A stretch of DNA of 64,000 nucleotides from Minisyncoccota bacterium (GTDB lineage: Bacteria; Patescibacteriota; Minisyncoccia; Phycocordibacterales; JABAAK01): the NCBI GenBank assembly GCA_958295675.1, contig OY282360.1:658026-722025 (forward strand). Reading direction: 5' to 3'. A program made the position numbers and the translations under genes. A model generated the notes under the pieces. The model was not told the origin of the DNA. It did not search any database and worked only from the letters and a program-made list of their open reading frames with translations. Numbering within the stretch: position 1 is the stretch's first letter; each line of letters opens with the position of its first letter. Positions 19,983 through 30,147 of the stretch are shown piece after piece.

Positions 19983-22900
19983 TTAGCGAAATATTTTTCC
20001 CGGCCGCTCAACGAGCAGTACGGATATGTCCATGCCATCAATAATAATCGTCCGTCCGTCCGGAATAGGTTTCGCGCTGTAGATGATTGTGCTTACCCTT
20101 GTTTCCTTCTTTATTGTTTCCTCATATTCCTGTATATGCTTTTGCTGTTCAACAGGAATACAGATGTGCATCTCATGCACCGTTTCAGTAAGCGAAAGAT
20201 TCATTTCCTTGCGTATACTCTGAATGTTACGGACATATTCCCTACTGAACCCTTCGGAACGGAGTTCCGGTGTCAGAATCGTGTCGAGGACAACCTCATC
20301 TTTCGCGCCGGAATTAACAAGAACCTCTTTCACATTCAACTCATCGGCAATGATGGTACGCACCGCGACAGGTATATTTTGCTGAATAGTCACACGCATC
20401 AGCGGCTGCCGCACCTTTATACCCGCTTCCGACCGCTGCTCATGCGCAAGAGAAACAATGCGACGGGCGGTATTCATCGTCATGATACTGCGCGTATTGA
20501 CGGACATACCGCGCGGCCACCGGCACAAATGCACACTCTCCGGAACCAAAACAGAAAACATCTGAAATTTCTGCATACTCAAAAACAGATGCTCCGCATA
20601 AAACGGCGCGACAGGGGCAATACACTTCGCGAATTCAGTCAGCACAAAACGAAGCGTCTCACGCGCATGCGCACCGTCTTTGGTGTCATACCGTATCCTG
20701 TCCCGTGATCGGCGCAGATACCAAACAGATAAATCTTCAACAAACGCGCTGATAGGAGCAACCGCGACATCAAGACGGTAGCTCTCAAATCCCTTCGTGA
20801 TGGCGGCATGCGTTTCAGCAAAGCGGGAAAGAAGATATATATCAAGCGGATGACGGCTTCCCGCGACATGCGGCAAATGCGCATAAGCGGCATAGAAATT
20901 AAAACAGTTGTGCAGCCGCATATACACCTTTTTGTAAATCTCATCAACCTGCTCATCATTAAAATCAAGCGTCTCGCCGCGCATCACCGGAGAACCGAGC
21001 AGATAATGACGGAGCGCATCCGCACCGTACCGATTAACAACATCCATCGGATCGGAATAGTTTTTCAAACGCTTGCTCATTTTCTTGCCGTCCGCGGCGC
21101 GGATAATGCCGGTCGCGACTACCTGCCGGTACGGTGCTCTGCCGAACGCACCCACACCGATAGCGAGCAAACTGTAAAACCAACCGCGTGTTTGATCCAA
21201 TCCTTCGCAGATAAAATCGGCGGGGAATCCTTTATTCCGCGCCGGATTAAAAAGGGGTGTATCCACAAAGGGATAATACTGCGACGCGTACGGCATCGCA
21301 CCCGACTCAAACCAACAGTCAAACACTTCCCTGACATGTCGCGCCGGATTGCCGTCATCATCATACAGAACGACATCATCAATGTACGGTCGATGCAAAT
21401 CCACATCTCCGTCTTCAGTCCGCTTCACCGGCTTATACCGAAGCCGGAATGTGCCGGTATTACTGTTCAGCGGCGAAAAATGCTCTTTTAGGTACGAATA
21501 CCGAAACACACCCAAGGACTCCACTCTGCGCGCGCTCACCAACACCGCCTTGTGCGTAACGACGATAATATGCGCGCCGCTATACTGCTTATCCACAGCG
21601 TCAAGAAACTTGAGCATACGGACATACACATCGTTATATGATTCACCCGAACCTATCTTCTTCCGCATATCCCGATACGCTCCGCTTGCCACTGCCGTAT
21701 CCCGCACATCGGCATACGACCTGCCGTGCATATCAGGCAACTGCATCTCAATGATGAGCGGATCCTCAATAACTTTCGCACCGGTCGCTTTTGCTATATA
21801 ATCCGCCGTCTCCCGCGTCCGCTCAAGCGGCGAGGAAAAGATAACGGTCGGCTTAACATCTTTTAATTCCTCGGCAACCTTCCGCGCCTGCGCTTTGCCA
21901 CTCTCTGTGAGTCCCCATCCGCTGCCGGGTTTGCAGTTAAACACCTTCCGTTCGTTGCTGACCGAATGTCCGTGCCGTACAAATGTGTATGTGTTTCTTG
22001 GACGCATTCTTGCAAACATCTCCGAGAGAGAGCCGATGACAAGATACTGACCTGTCTTCTCAACCTGCCATATCGGCAGTGGCGCGCCCCAAAAACGGCT
22101 CCTTGACACCGCCCACGGCTGCGCATCTTTCAGCCAGTTACCGAATCTTCCGTCACGCACATGCTCCGGCACCCAGCGCACCTTCCTATTCTCGGCGACC
22201 ATTTTATCACGGTACCTGTCCGCGTGCACAAACCATGAATCAGCGGCGTAATTGAGCAGCGGTGTACTGCAACGCCAGCAAACCGGATAGCTGTGTTCAA
22301 TATCTTCACTGTGCAGCAATACACCTTTCTTTCGCAGCGCATCCAGTATCTTGTCATCCGTCTCTTTCGGATTTCCCTGCTCTTTCGGACGCAAACCGGC
22401 GAACGGACCGAGTTTGGAAATGAACACACCATCCTTTGAAACATGGTGGCGAATCGGCAGACCATGCTTCTCGGCGGTTTCCATATCGTCTGAGCCGTAT
22501 GCAGGCGCAAGATGCACGATACCGGTGCCGACTTCGGTGTCTATGTACGGCACATCGTACACACGCCAAATTTTCTCCGATACTCTGTCATCTTTTTCAT
22601 CCGCGTACAAAAAATCAAACGGCGGCAGATACTCTTCACCGATAAAATCAGAACCCTTCTTAGTCGCTGTTATATGTCCGTTTTTAAAAAGATGCGCCGC
22701 ATTGCTATGGACAATGTACCGCTTGCCGTTTTCCTCAACAACCGCATACTCAATATCACGACCGATACCGAGCGCGACATTGCCGAACAATGTCCATGGC
22801 GTGGTTGTCCATGCGACAAAAAAAGTATTTGCATACGCTTTCATCGGAAACAATGTGTATACCGCGGTATCAGTGAGCATTTCATAACTGTCAGCAACTT

Positions 22901-23516
22901 CTGTATTAGAAACTGTTGTTGAACATCTCGGACAAAGATGCAGCGATTTAAATCCCCTGCTTACAAAACCATTCTTATGCAGACGATGAAAGATTGACCA
23001 TACTGACTCCATATACGAAGCACTAAGTGTGCGGTAGTCATTCTCCATATCCACCCAGCGCCCGATACGGGGAATGATCTTCTTCCATGCGTCAGCATAC
23101 TGCAGCACAAATCTACAGATACCCGTATTGAACTTTTCAATGCCATATTTCTCAATATCGCTCTTGGACTTACTGCCGATCTCCTTCTCCATCTCAACTT
23201 CAAGCGGCAACCCATGGCAGTCCCACCCCCACCGGCGACGGACAATATATCCCCGCATAGTCTTGTAGCGCGGAATCGCATCCTTCACCGCGCTCGCCAA
23301 AATATGCCCATAGTGCGGAAGCCCTGTCGCAAACGGCGGTCCGTCATAGAAAATAAAGTGTTTTTTTTTGAAAAACCGACATACAGTACTCCAAAAACTG
23401 CCGGAAATTCCCTCCTCACTCTTCTCAAAAATACGATGTGTTCGCCAAAATGCAAGTATTTTTTCTTCCCGTTCAACAACCGTCTCTCGCAACGGCATAT
23501 CCTTCCTTTCAGTCAT
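19983..23516 (-). CDS. ileS: isoleucine--tRNA ligase (type 2) with inserted histidine-phosphatase domain
   Basis: DGPPFATGLPHYGH, GWDCHGLP, AWTTTPWTL, EGLDQTRGWFY, KMSKR. Insert has RHG..SPLERT..VTH. Confidence 0.96.
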   Translation of the reverse strand: MTERKDMPLRETVVEREEKILAFWRTHRIFEKSEEGISGSFWSTVCRFFKKKHFIFYDGPPFATGLPHYGHILASAVKDAIPRYKTMRGYIVRRRWGWDCHGLPLEVEMEKEIGSKSKSDIEKYGIEKFNTGICRFVLQYADAWKKIIPRIGRWVDMENDYRTLSASYMESVWSIFHRLHKNGFVSRGFKSLHLCPRCSTTVSNTEVADSYEMLTDTAVYTLFPMKAYANTFFVAWTTTPWTLFGNVALGIGRDIEYAVVEENGKRYIVHSNAAHLFKNGHITATKKGSDFIGEEYLPPFDFLYADEKDDRVSEKIWRVYDVPYIDTEVGTGIVHLAPAYGSDDMETAEKHGLPIRHHVSKDGVFISKLGPFAGLRPKEQGNPKETDDKILDALRKKGVLLHSEDIEHSYPVCWRCSTPLLNYAADSWFVHADRYRDKMVAENRKVRWVPEHVRDGRFGNWLKDAQPWAVSRSRFWGAPLPIWQVEKTGQYLVIGSLSEMFARMRPRNTYTFVRHGHSVSNERKVFNCKPGSGWGLTESGKAQARKVAEELKDVKPTVIFSSPLERTRETADYIAKATGAKVIEDPLIIEMQLPDMHGRSYADVRDTAVASGAYRDMRKKIGSGESYNDVYVRMLKFLDAVDKQYSGAHIIVVTHKAVLVSARRVESLGVFRYSYLKEHFSPLNSNTGTFRLRYKPVKRTEDGDVDLHRPYIDDVVLYDDDGNPARHVREVFDCWFESGAMPYASQYYPFVDTPLFNPARNKGFPADFICEGLDQTRGWFYSLLAIGVGAFGRAPYRQVVATGIIRAADGKKMSKRLKNYSDPMDVVNRYGADALRHYLLGSPVMRGETLDFNDEQVDEIYKKVYMRLHNCFNFYAAYAHLPHVAGSRHPLDIYLLSRFAETHAAITKGFESYRLDVAVAPISAFVEDLSVWYLRRSRDRIRYDTKDGAHARETLRFVLTEFAKCIAPVAPFYAEHLFLSMQKFQMFSVLVPESVHLCRWPRGMSVNTRSIMTMNTARRIVSLAHEQRSEAGIKVRQPLMRVTIQQNIPVAVRTIIADELNVKEVLVNSGAKDEVVLDTILTPELRSEGFSREYVRNIQSIRKEMNLSLTETVHEMHICIPVEQQKHIQEYEETIKKETRVSTIIYSAKPIPDGRTIIIDGMDISVLLVERPGKIFR

Positions 23517-23606
23517 ATGCATTATAATAACACAAAAAACTCAATAATACATTAGAAAAAATTAATATGTAATATAAAAATACAGAAAAATCTGCTATAC
23601 TACGAG

Positions 23607-23751
23607 GGTAGTACTTTGCAGCACAACATTTGGGGTCATGGCATTTGCCAGTTCTCGCTTCTGTTGTATGAGAACACAAATCTTCCCCGACTCCCCCAAT
23701 CCCTTGCAAGATTGTTTCTGCAAGGGATTTTTATGGCACCTGCATACTATC
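23607..23751 (+). ncRNA. candidate structured small RNA in the ileS/CNNM spacer
   Basis: TGnTATACT at 23593-23601. Nested stems start at the predicted TSS, with an 11-bp side hairpin at 23698-23729. Confidence 0.45.
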
Positions 23752-23831
23752 ACAGGCACCGCCGGTCGCCACACGAACATCAATCTATTAAATAACAAAA
23801 AAGATTTTATTTTGTAGTATACTGTTCCAAC

Positions 23832-24845
23832 ATGATACTGACATACATTGTCGTCATAATTCTTATCACACTCTCAGCATTATTCTCCGGTCTGACCCTC
23901 GGTCTCATGGGTCTTGATGTGTACGATGTGGAGCGAAAGATGCGGGACGGCAACAAGTACGCGAAAAAAATATACCCGCTGCGTGTCCGCGGCAATCTTC
24001 TGCTGACTTCTCTGCTGCTTGGTAATGTGTTCGTCAACGCCGTGCTGTCAGTATTCCTCGGAAGTATCGCCGGCGGAGTCGTTGCGGGCATAACAGCAAC
24101 TGCGCTCATTTTTATATTCGGTGAAATTATCCCGCAAGCGACAATACCGCGCTACGCGCTGCGGTTCGGTGCCGCGACCGTACCGCTGGTGCGCGGTCTC
24201 ATATTCATCTTGTACCCGATTGTATATCCGATATCCCTTTTACTTGATAAACTGCTCGGCAAAGAAGCACCGAATGTGTACTCCCACAACGAACTTATCT
24301 CAATCATCGCGGAACATGAAGATTCAAAAAAATCACCATTGGATGCTGATGAAGAAAGAATTGTCCTCGGCGCGCTGAAATTCTCCAACAAAAAAATCAA
24401 TAAAACCATGACTCCGCGTACTGTGGTAGTCGGCGTACTCAAAAACGAAAAACTCACACAGGAATTGATAGATAAACTCGTCAACAGCGGTTTCTCAAGG
24501 TTTCCGGTATATGAGAATGAAACTCGGGAAAAAGTCGTCGGCTTGTTACCGATTCGATCATTGATCGGCATAGAAATGAAAGGTGCGGTCAGCGATATAA
24601 ACCTGCTTGAAGTGCATATGGTTGATGAGCAGATGCCGCTGGACGATGTGCTCAATAAGTTTATAAAAACACACATGCAGATGTTCGCCGTTCAGGACGA
24701 ATTCGGCAGTTTTGCCGGCATTATAACTGTTGAGGATATTTTAGAAGAAATCATTCAATGTGAAATTATTGATGAAAACGACAAACACCACAACATGCGA
24801 AAACTTGCCCGAGATAAGAAAAACGGAAAGAATAAGGAAAAATAA
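23832..24845 (+). CDS. CNNM (DUF21) plus CBS domain metal transporter (CorB/TlyC-like)
   Basis: SALFSGLTLGLMGLD, LLLGNVFVN, FGEIIPQ, MTPR, GFSRFPVY, GIITVEDILEEI. Confidence 0.9.
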   Translation: MILTYIVVIILITLSALFSGLTLGLMGLDVYDVERKMRDGNKYAKKIYPLRVRGNLLLTSLLLGNVFVNAVLSVFLGSIAGGVVAGITATALIFIFGEIIPQATIPRYALRFGAATVPLVRGLIFILYPIVYPISLLLDKLLGKEAPNVYSHNELISIIAEHEDSKKSPLDADEERIVLGALKFSNKKINKTMTPRTVVVGVLKNEKLTQELIDKLVNSGFSRFPVYENETREKVVGLLPIRSLIGIEMKGAVSDINLLEVHMVDEQMPLDDVLNKFIKTHMQMFAVQDEFGSFAGIITVEDILEEIIQCEIIDENDKHHNMRKLARDKKNGKNKEK

Positions 24846-24878
24846 CAGAGCTACAATGCTTGCGCCACCCGACAATGT

Positions 24879-25835
24879 TCAGGCATCGCCGAACCGTTCC
24901 TCAATCCATTCCCTACTCTCCGGATCATCAGTGCTGTATCCGAGAATAGGTGCAAGAACGGCAAGAACAAAACGAACAAACCGTCCGCCGTTATTAACCT
25001 GCTCAATAATATCTTCATCTGTGTTAAAGGTAATATGATAATCCGCGCGCACCTCGCCATTTTTCAGTAATCTGCCGGATTCGCCACGTTTTCGTTCAAA
25101 ATAACTACAGAAACCGGGCGAAGAATACTCTTCATCAAGGTATGTCTCGTCAAAATATTCATAAGAAGTTTCCGCTGTATAGCCGAGCGGCATCTGCTGA
25201 ATAATGGATGTTACCCTATCATACATATCAAAAGTAATTACTACGCGTTGTTTACCGTCCTCTTCAGCGTGAGTCACCGGCGCGTCTCTCACCTGAAGCG
25301 GCAGAGATGTCCGGTCGCACTCCCGTGTCGGTGCCGGTTCCGACGAACGAAAAGTAAGTATCGGCACCAACTCTCCGTTATGTGTCGCGCTTACAGACAC
25401 ACCGTCCTCATAAACGGTCTCTTGAGACCCGATCACCTCATCACCTTGCAATAGCTCCCATGATTCCCGGCGAAGACTTTGCAGAAAATCATACGGACAG
25501 GTATAGGAATACTCGTGTACACTCCGAACAGTATATCCATCCCATTCGCTCACGGAAGAAATCACGCGGTTGAATATATCATAGGTAATCTGCGCTTCTG
25601 TCTGACCGGACACATTCACAAAACTTTCGCTGGCGGTCACTGTTACCGGTGCGTCATGCTTTTGAATAGGAAGAAGATTCCGAACCGCACAACCGCGCGC
25701 AGCAGGATCAGAAAGTGCCCGCTCCAATGAAACCTGATCCGCACCGGCAACCATCGGCATCAAAAACAGCGATGCCGCAGTAAATGCTGTTGCTACTAAC
25801 AACACTCTTCTCAAAATTTCCGCTGTGCCACGCAT
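24879..25835 (-). CDS. secreted hypothetical protein with internal duplication
   Basis: Signal peptide and two LP.Q..DAPVT..ITxD...RV.S modules. Start chosen 6 nt after TGnTACTTT. Confidence 0.65.
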   Translation of the reverse strand: MRGTAEILRRVLLVATAFTAASLFLMPMVAGADQVSLERALSDPAARGCAVRNLLPIQKHDAPVTVTASESFVNVSGQTEAQITYDIFNRVISSVSEWDGYTVRSVHEYSYTCPYDFLQSLRRESWELLQGDEVIGSQETVYEDGVSVSATHNGELVPILTFRSSEPAPTRECDRTSLPLQVRDAPVTHAEEDGKQRVVITFDMYDRVTSIIQQMPLGYTAETSYEYFDETYLDEEYSSPGFCSYFERKRGESGRLLKNGEVRADYHITFNTDEDIIEQVNNGGRFVRFVLAVLAPILGYSTDDPESREWIEERFGDA

Positions 25836-25958
25836 ACTAATAAAGTAGCACAGTACTGCAAATATCAATCGCATACTTTGGAAAACAGAAATTTGTGGTG
25901 CGAAGTAGAACATGTGCACAAAGAATTGCAATAGGTATTTCACCGTTATAATAAAAAT

Positions 25959-26819
25959 ATGGTAAAAATGACAGATACTGCCATTAGGCAAAAGATACAA
26001 AGAGAAGGACAGTTGTTAGAAAATAGAATATTGTGCGGTAATGCCTCAGATATAATTAAAGGTTTCCCATCCGCTTTCATTGATCTCACTGTTACATCAC
26101 CACCATACGATGAATTGAGAAATTACGAGGGATATAATTTTGATTTTGAGTCCATAGCACAAGAATTATTTAGAGTAACAAAAACTGGAGGAGTTCTTGT
26201 ATGGGTTGTGGGTGATAAGATAAAAAATGGAGACAGGAGTTTGACGAGTTTTAAGCAGGTAATCTTATTTCAAGAATTGGGATTCCGTGTTCATGATGTG
26301 ATGATCTATAAGAAAAAAAACACACCGTTCATGCGATCAAACGGATACACAAACTGCTTTGAATTTATGTTTGTGTTGAGTAAGGGAAAACCAGCAGTGT
26401 TCAACCCGATTCAAATAGACACAGTTAGACAGGGATTAGAAATGCTCACACACAACAAAGGTCCGGATGGTGTGAACAAAAAAATATTAAAGACATTGAA
26501 CAGCAAAAAGACAAAAACAAACATTTGGGAATATGCAGTCGGACTACATGGCTCAACAAGTGATAAAATCGCTTTTGAGCACCCTGCCATCTTTCCAGAA
26601 AAACTCGCAGAAGACCATATTCTCTCTTGGACCAACGAAGGGGATATAGTATTTGATCCGATGTGCGGTTCAGGAACTACCTGTAAAATGGCACAAAAAA
26701 ACAATCGGATTTATGTCGGTTGTGATATCTCAGAAAAATATGTAGAAATTGCTAAAAAAAGAATGGAATGTGTCACTTCCAACTTATCTTTATTTAATAA
26801 ATCTAATAGCTCTTCTTAA
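25959..26819 (+). CDS. beta-class N4-C/N6-A DNA methyltransferase
   Basis: TSPPY precedes DPMCGSGTT, with HPAIFPE. Confidence 0.92.
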   Translation: MVKMTDTAIRQKIQREGQLLENRILCGNASDIIKGFPSAFIDLTVTSPPYDELRNYEGYNFDFESIAQELFRVTKTGGVLVWVVGDKIKNGDRSLTSFKQVILFQELGFRVHDVMIYKKKNTPFMRSNGYTNCFEFMFVLSKGKPAVFNPIQIDTVRQGLEMLTHNKGPDGVNKKILKTLNSKKTKTNIWEYAVGLHGSTSDKIAFEHPAIFPEKLAEDHILSWTNEGDIVFDPMCGSGTTCKMAQKNNRIYVGCDISEKYVEIAKKRMECVTSNLSLFNKSNSSS

Positions 26820-27371
26820 AATTTTCACGTCATCTTTAAATCTTCCTATTCCTGTATTACAACTATCACAAATCCAACCTCGTATTTTCCCCGTTTTGTG
26901 ATTATGATCAATGACTACTTTACTGGTAATACCCGCAATAGTTTTTTTGTGGCAAATTGGACATTCAAATGGAATTCTATTCGGCTTTGTTTTCAAAAAC
27001 TTTTTCCTCTCCTTTGAATCAACAGGTACTCCGTCAATGTATCTTCTGCAATCTCTACAAGAGGGTCTTCTAACTGTTCTGTTGTCTTTTGCATTTTGAT
27101 TCTTGTCAAAATGAGAAGTTTTTAATAACTTATGACAAACATTGCAAATCTTTTTTTGAAAATCATCTCCAGTTTTACTAATATTAAAAAATGATATCAA
27201 CTCTCTTTTTATATTCACTCTTTGTCCATTTCTAACAAAAAATACGGAATATTTTTCTCCAATCTTATCCTCAACCATCCCAACATCGTTCTTTTTCAGT
27301 AAAATATTCTTGGAGAATTTCACATCTTTTTTCAGAAAAGCAAATCTTGATTTCTTCTTTTTTATTGTCAT
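26790..27371 (-). CDS. Hpy99I-family His-Me finger type II restriction endonuclease
   Basis: KKICNVCH..RPSCRDCR..CPICHK..DHNH.TG..RGWICDSCNTGIGRFKDD, the Hpy99I pattern. Convergent with the MTase. Confidence 0.85.
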   Translation of the reverse strand: MTIKKKKSRFAFLKKDVKFSKNILLKKNDVGMVEDKIGEKYSVFFVRNGQRVNIKRELISFFNISKTGDDFQKKICNVCHKLLKTSHFDKNQNAKDNRTVRRPSCRDCRRYIDGVPVDSKERKKFLKTKPNRIPFECPICHKKTIAGITSKVVIDHNHKTGKIRGWICDSCNTGIGRFKDDVKILRRAIRFIK

Positions 27372-27541
27372 AGCAAATTTTTCTATGAACCAGTAAAACT
27401 GGCATTTTGGCTATACTCCTTTGGTTGCTGTGTACAGCATACCAAATTGCAAGAAAGTCCGCTTGCACAAAAATTCCTAAAGATGCAGTGTTCGCTTCTG
27501 CCCAAACACGAGAAATATTTTTTGTGTTGTATATTACTAAT

Positions 27542-27627
27542 GCAACCATAGATAATCGGTAGAGCACTTGAAGCACCCCGTCAGTTCATAGGGCTCTACT
27601 CTATGGTTGCGCTGGCGGGGTGCTTCA
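27542..27627. other. two interleaved long helices (pseudoknot or switch) between tRNA-Ser and the REase
   Basis: 27542-52/27600-10 and 27559-65/27593-99 are perfect WC pairs. 27569-84/27612-27 gives 16 bp. Confidence 0.7.
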
Positions 27628-27657
27628 TTTATAACGCACAACGAATAAACCATCCTG

Positions 27658-27746
27658 CGGAGAGGGTGGGATTCGAACCCACGGTGCGGTGTGACCCGCA
27701 CACTCGTACTCCAAACGAGCGCCTTCGACCACTCAGCCACCTCTCC
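27658..27746 (-). tRNA. tRNA-Ser(GGA)
   Basis: GGAGAGG acceptor, anticodon arm CTCGT-TTGGAGT-ACGAG, long variable arm, GTTCGAATC. CCA not encoded. Confidence 0.95.
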
Positions 27747-27783
27747 TTTTTCAATATGGTAGCACACTTACCGCGCACACCAA

Positions 27784-28170
27784 CTATTCAAAATCAATAG
27801 GAGCATCAGGTGCATGTCTGTCCAGATAACTCTGCAAAATGATGGTTGCCGCTTCCGCATCACTCCCCTTTCCGAGCCGCGATGCTTCTTGTGTTGAAAA
27901 TTGTTCCGGCTGAAATATAATTTCCGCTTTCCCGCGCAGCGCATCGGCGACGGCACGCACATCTTGCATAATCGGATTCTCGGATCCGTCCAATGCCAAT
28001 GATTCACCGATAACAACAGCGGAAATGTTTCTCTCGTCAATGATGGCAGCCATCCGATCAATACACGCTTCCCGCGACAGCACTTCAAGCGGAAACGCGA
28101 CTGTTCCCGCATCATCGGAAATTGCGACACCGACCCGCTTACTGCCGATATCAACGCCGAGATACTTCAT
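27784..28170 (-). CDS. yqgF: YqgF/RuvX pre-16S rRNA nuclease
   Basis: LGVDIGSKRVGVAISD, E.FST.EA, DAEAATIILQSYLD. Confidence 0.92.
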   Translation of the reverse strand: MKYLGVDIGSKRVGVAISDDAGTVAFPLEVLSREACIDRMAAIIDERNISAVVIGESLALDGSENPIMQDVRAVADALRGKAEIIFQPEQFSTQEASRLGKGSDAEAATIILQSYLDRHAPDAPIDFE

Positions 28171-28178
28171 ACCGAAAA

Positions 28179-28400
28179 TTATGATGCCTCTTTAACAATC
28201 CTGCCTTCGCTGTCCTTCATCTTGCCGAACAAAATAAGCAAGATATCAATCAGCCACCAAATGCCGAAACCGCCAATGGTGATTAACTTCAAGAAACCGG
28301 TACCGTACTTCCCCAAATAGAATCGATCAATACCAAATGCACCAATCAAAATGGACACGATGACCAGAACAGTAAAATCTTTATCACTCTTTTCTTCCAT
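28179..28400 (-). CDS. TM2 domain protein
   Basis: GAFGIDRFYLGKYGTGFLKLITIGGFGIWWLID. Confidence 0.9.
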   Translation of the reverse strand: MEEKSDKDFTVLVIVSILIGAFGIDRFYLGKYGTGFLKLITIGGFGIWWLIDILLILFGKMKDSEGRIVKEAS

Positions 28401-28407
28401 ACCCATA

Positions 28408-30069
28408 CTATACCACACGCTTATTGAGTGCGGCGCGAATAAAACCGGTGAATACCGGATTCGGGAAAAACGGACGCGCGGTGAACTCAGGATGATACTG
28501 CGTACCGACAAAAAACGGATGTGTCTCTTCCGACAGCTCAACCGCCTCAACTAAACCGCCTCGTGAGCGCGCTGAGACATGAAGACCGTTCTCTTCAAAC
28601 TCATCAACATATGCATCGTTCACCTCATACCGATGCCGGTGCCGCTCATCAACCTTGTCAACGCCGTACAGCGAGTGCAGCAGTGTCTCTTTCACGATAT
28701 GCGCGGTATATGCCCCGAGACGCATACTCCCGCCGTACTGCCCGTCCGCGAGTTTCTCGTGCTGATCTTCCATAATAGTAATGACATCATGTCTGGTTTT
28801 TGGATCAATTTCCAAACTGTTCGCGGATCGTTTGCCGCATACATTCCGCATATACTCAACCACCATAAGCTGCATGCCATAGCAGATACCGAGAACCGGT
28901 ATGCCGTATTCACGCGCATGCCGAATAACGGCAAGTTTACCGGGAACACCGCGACTGCCGAAGCCGCCGGGTATGATAACACCGTCATAGTTCTGCAAGT
29001 CCTCCAAATGCTTTGCCGCCGTTCTGTTCTCAAACTTCTTCGCGCTGAGCCATGATATTTCCGGTCGCGTATTGCTGCATGCGCAGGAAAAACGCACCGC
29101 CTCAATAACGGAGACATAGGAATCGCTGAGCATATATGACCCTGTCTCAAAGTATTTACCGACAATAGCGATACGCACGGGATTTTTCTTATTGTTCTGA
29201 ATGTTTCTGCTAATCTGTTTCCATCGTTTCAGCACACCGGTTGTTTTGCGTTTCTGCAGGGACAGTTCCTTGATTAAAACAGAAGCAATTTTTGCCTTAT
29301 CAAAATTAATAGGCACATCATAGATACTTTTCACATCAGGAGCGGGAATAATGTTCCCTTTAGGAACATTGCATGCGCGGGCTATTTTCTCCCGGCGTTT
29401 CTGATCAATGAGACCTTCAGACCGCGCAATAACGACAGACGGATTAATACCGTATGAATTGAGCATGCGAACGGCGTTCTGTGTGGGTCGTGTCTTAACT
29501 TCACCGATACTTTTCGGAAACGGCAGGTAACTGACAAGCACGAATGTCACACTTTCCGGCATATCAAGATGCATCTGTCTTGCGGTCTCAAGAAAGAGCA
29601 GATTCTGATAATCGCCGAGTGTGCCTCCGATTTCCACAACCTGAACATCGTTATCAAGCCGCAGCGCCGAATCCTCAATACGCCGGCGAATCTCGTCAAC
29701 GACATGCGGTATCGCTTCAACACATTTCCCGTTGTACTTGAGCGATCGCTCCCGCTCTATTACCGTCTGATACACCATGCCGCTGGTGATATAATCATGA
29801 TGTGAAAGGTCACGGTTAAGAAACCGCTCGTAATTCCCCATATCCTGGTCGGTCTCCAGACCGGAACTCAGAACAAACACTTCTCCGTGTTCAGTCGGAT
29901 TCATATTGCCGGCATCAACATTGAGATACGGGTCAATTTTCATATTGTTCACCCGGTAGCCGTAATGCGTGAGAATGGTGGCGATGGAGGATGCGGAGAT
30001 ACCTTTACCAATGCCGGACATAATACCGCCGACAACAAATATATATTTGATGTTCTTTTTTTTCTTCAT
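28408..30069 (-). CDS. pyrG: CTP synthase
   Basis: GGIMSGIGKG, KIDPYLNVD, EHGEVFV, GICYGMQ, ERHRHRYEVN, QYHPEF. Confidence 0.98.
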   Translation of the reverse strand: MKKKKNIKYIFVVGGIMSGIGKGISASSIATILTHYGYRVNNMKIDPYLNVDAGNMNPTEHGEVFVLSSGLETDQDMGNYERFLNRDLSHHDYITSGMVYQTVIERERSLKYNGKCVEAIPHVVDEIRRRIEDSALRLDNDVQVVEIGGTLGDYQNLLFLETARQMHLDMPESVTFVLVSYLPFPKSIGEVKTRPTQNAVRMLNSYGINPSVVIARSEGLIDQKRREKIARACNVPKGNIIPAPDVKSIYDVPINFDKAKIASVLIKELSLQKRKTTGVLKRWKQISRNIQNNKKNPVRIAIVGKYFETGSYMLSDSYVSVIEAVRFSCACSNTRPEISWLSAKKFENRTAAKHLEDLQNYDGVIIPGGFGSRGVPGKLAVIRHAREYGIPVLGICYGMQLMVVEYMRNVCGKRSANSLEIDPKTRHDVITIMEDQHEKLADGQYGGSMRLGAYTAHIVKETLLHSLYGVDKVDERHRHRYEVNDAYVDEFEENGLHVSARSRGGLVEAVELSEETHPFFVGTQYHPEFTARPFFPNPVFTGFIRAALNKRVV

Positions 30070-30147
30070 GCTGTGCACCTATGGACACACCACCGATACA
30101 GCAGCACATTGCGCCGCACTATAGGTGGTGTTTGTCCAAACATCAAA

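Noticed and set aside
23520-23830. T-box leader for ileS
   Set aside because: ileS appears leaderless and no T-box consensus is seen on the - strand.
27271-27576. 101-aa ORF as a recombinase remnant
   Set aside because: Only a vague resemblance, no catalytic motif, and it overlaps the REase in another frame.
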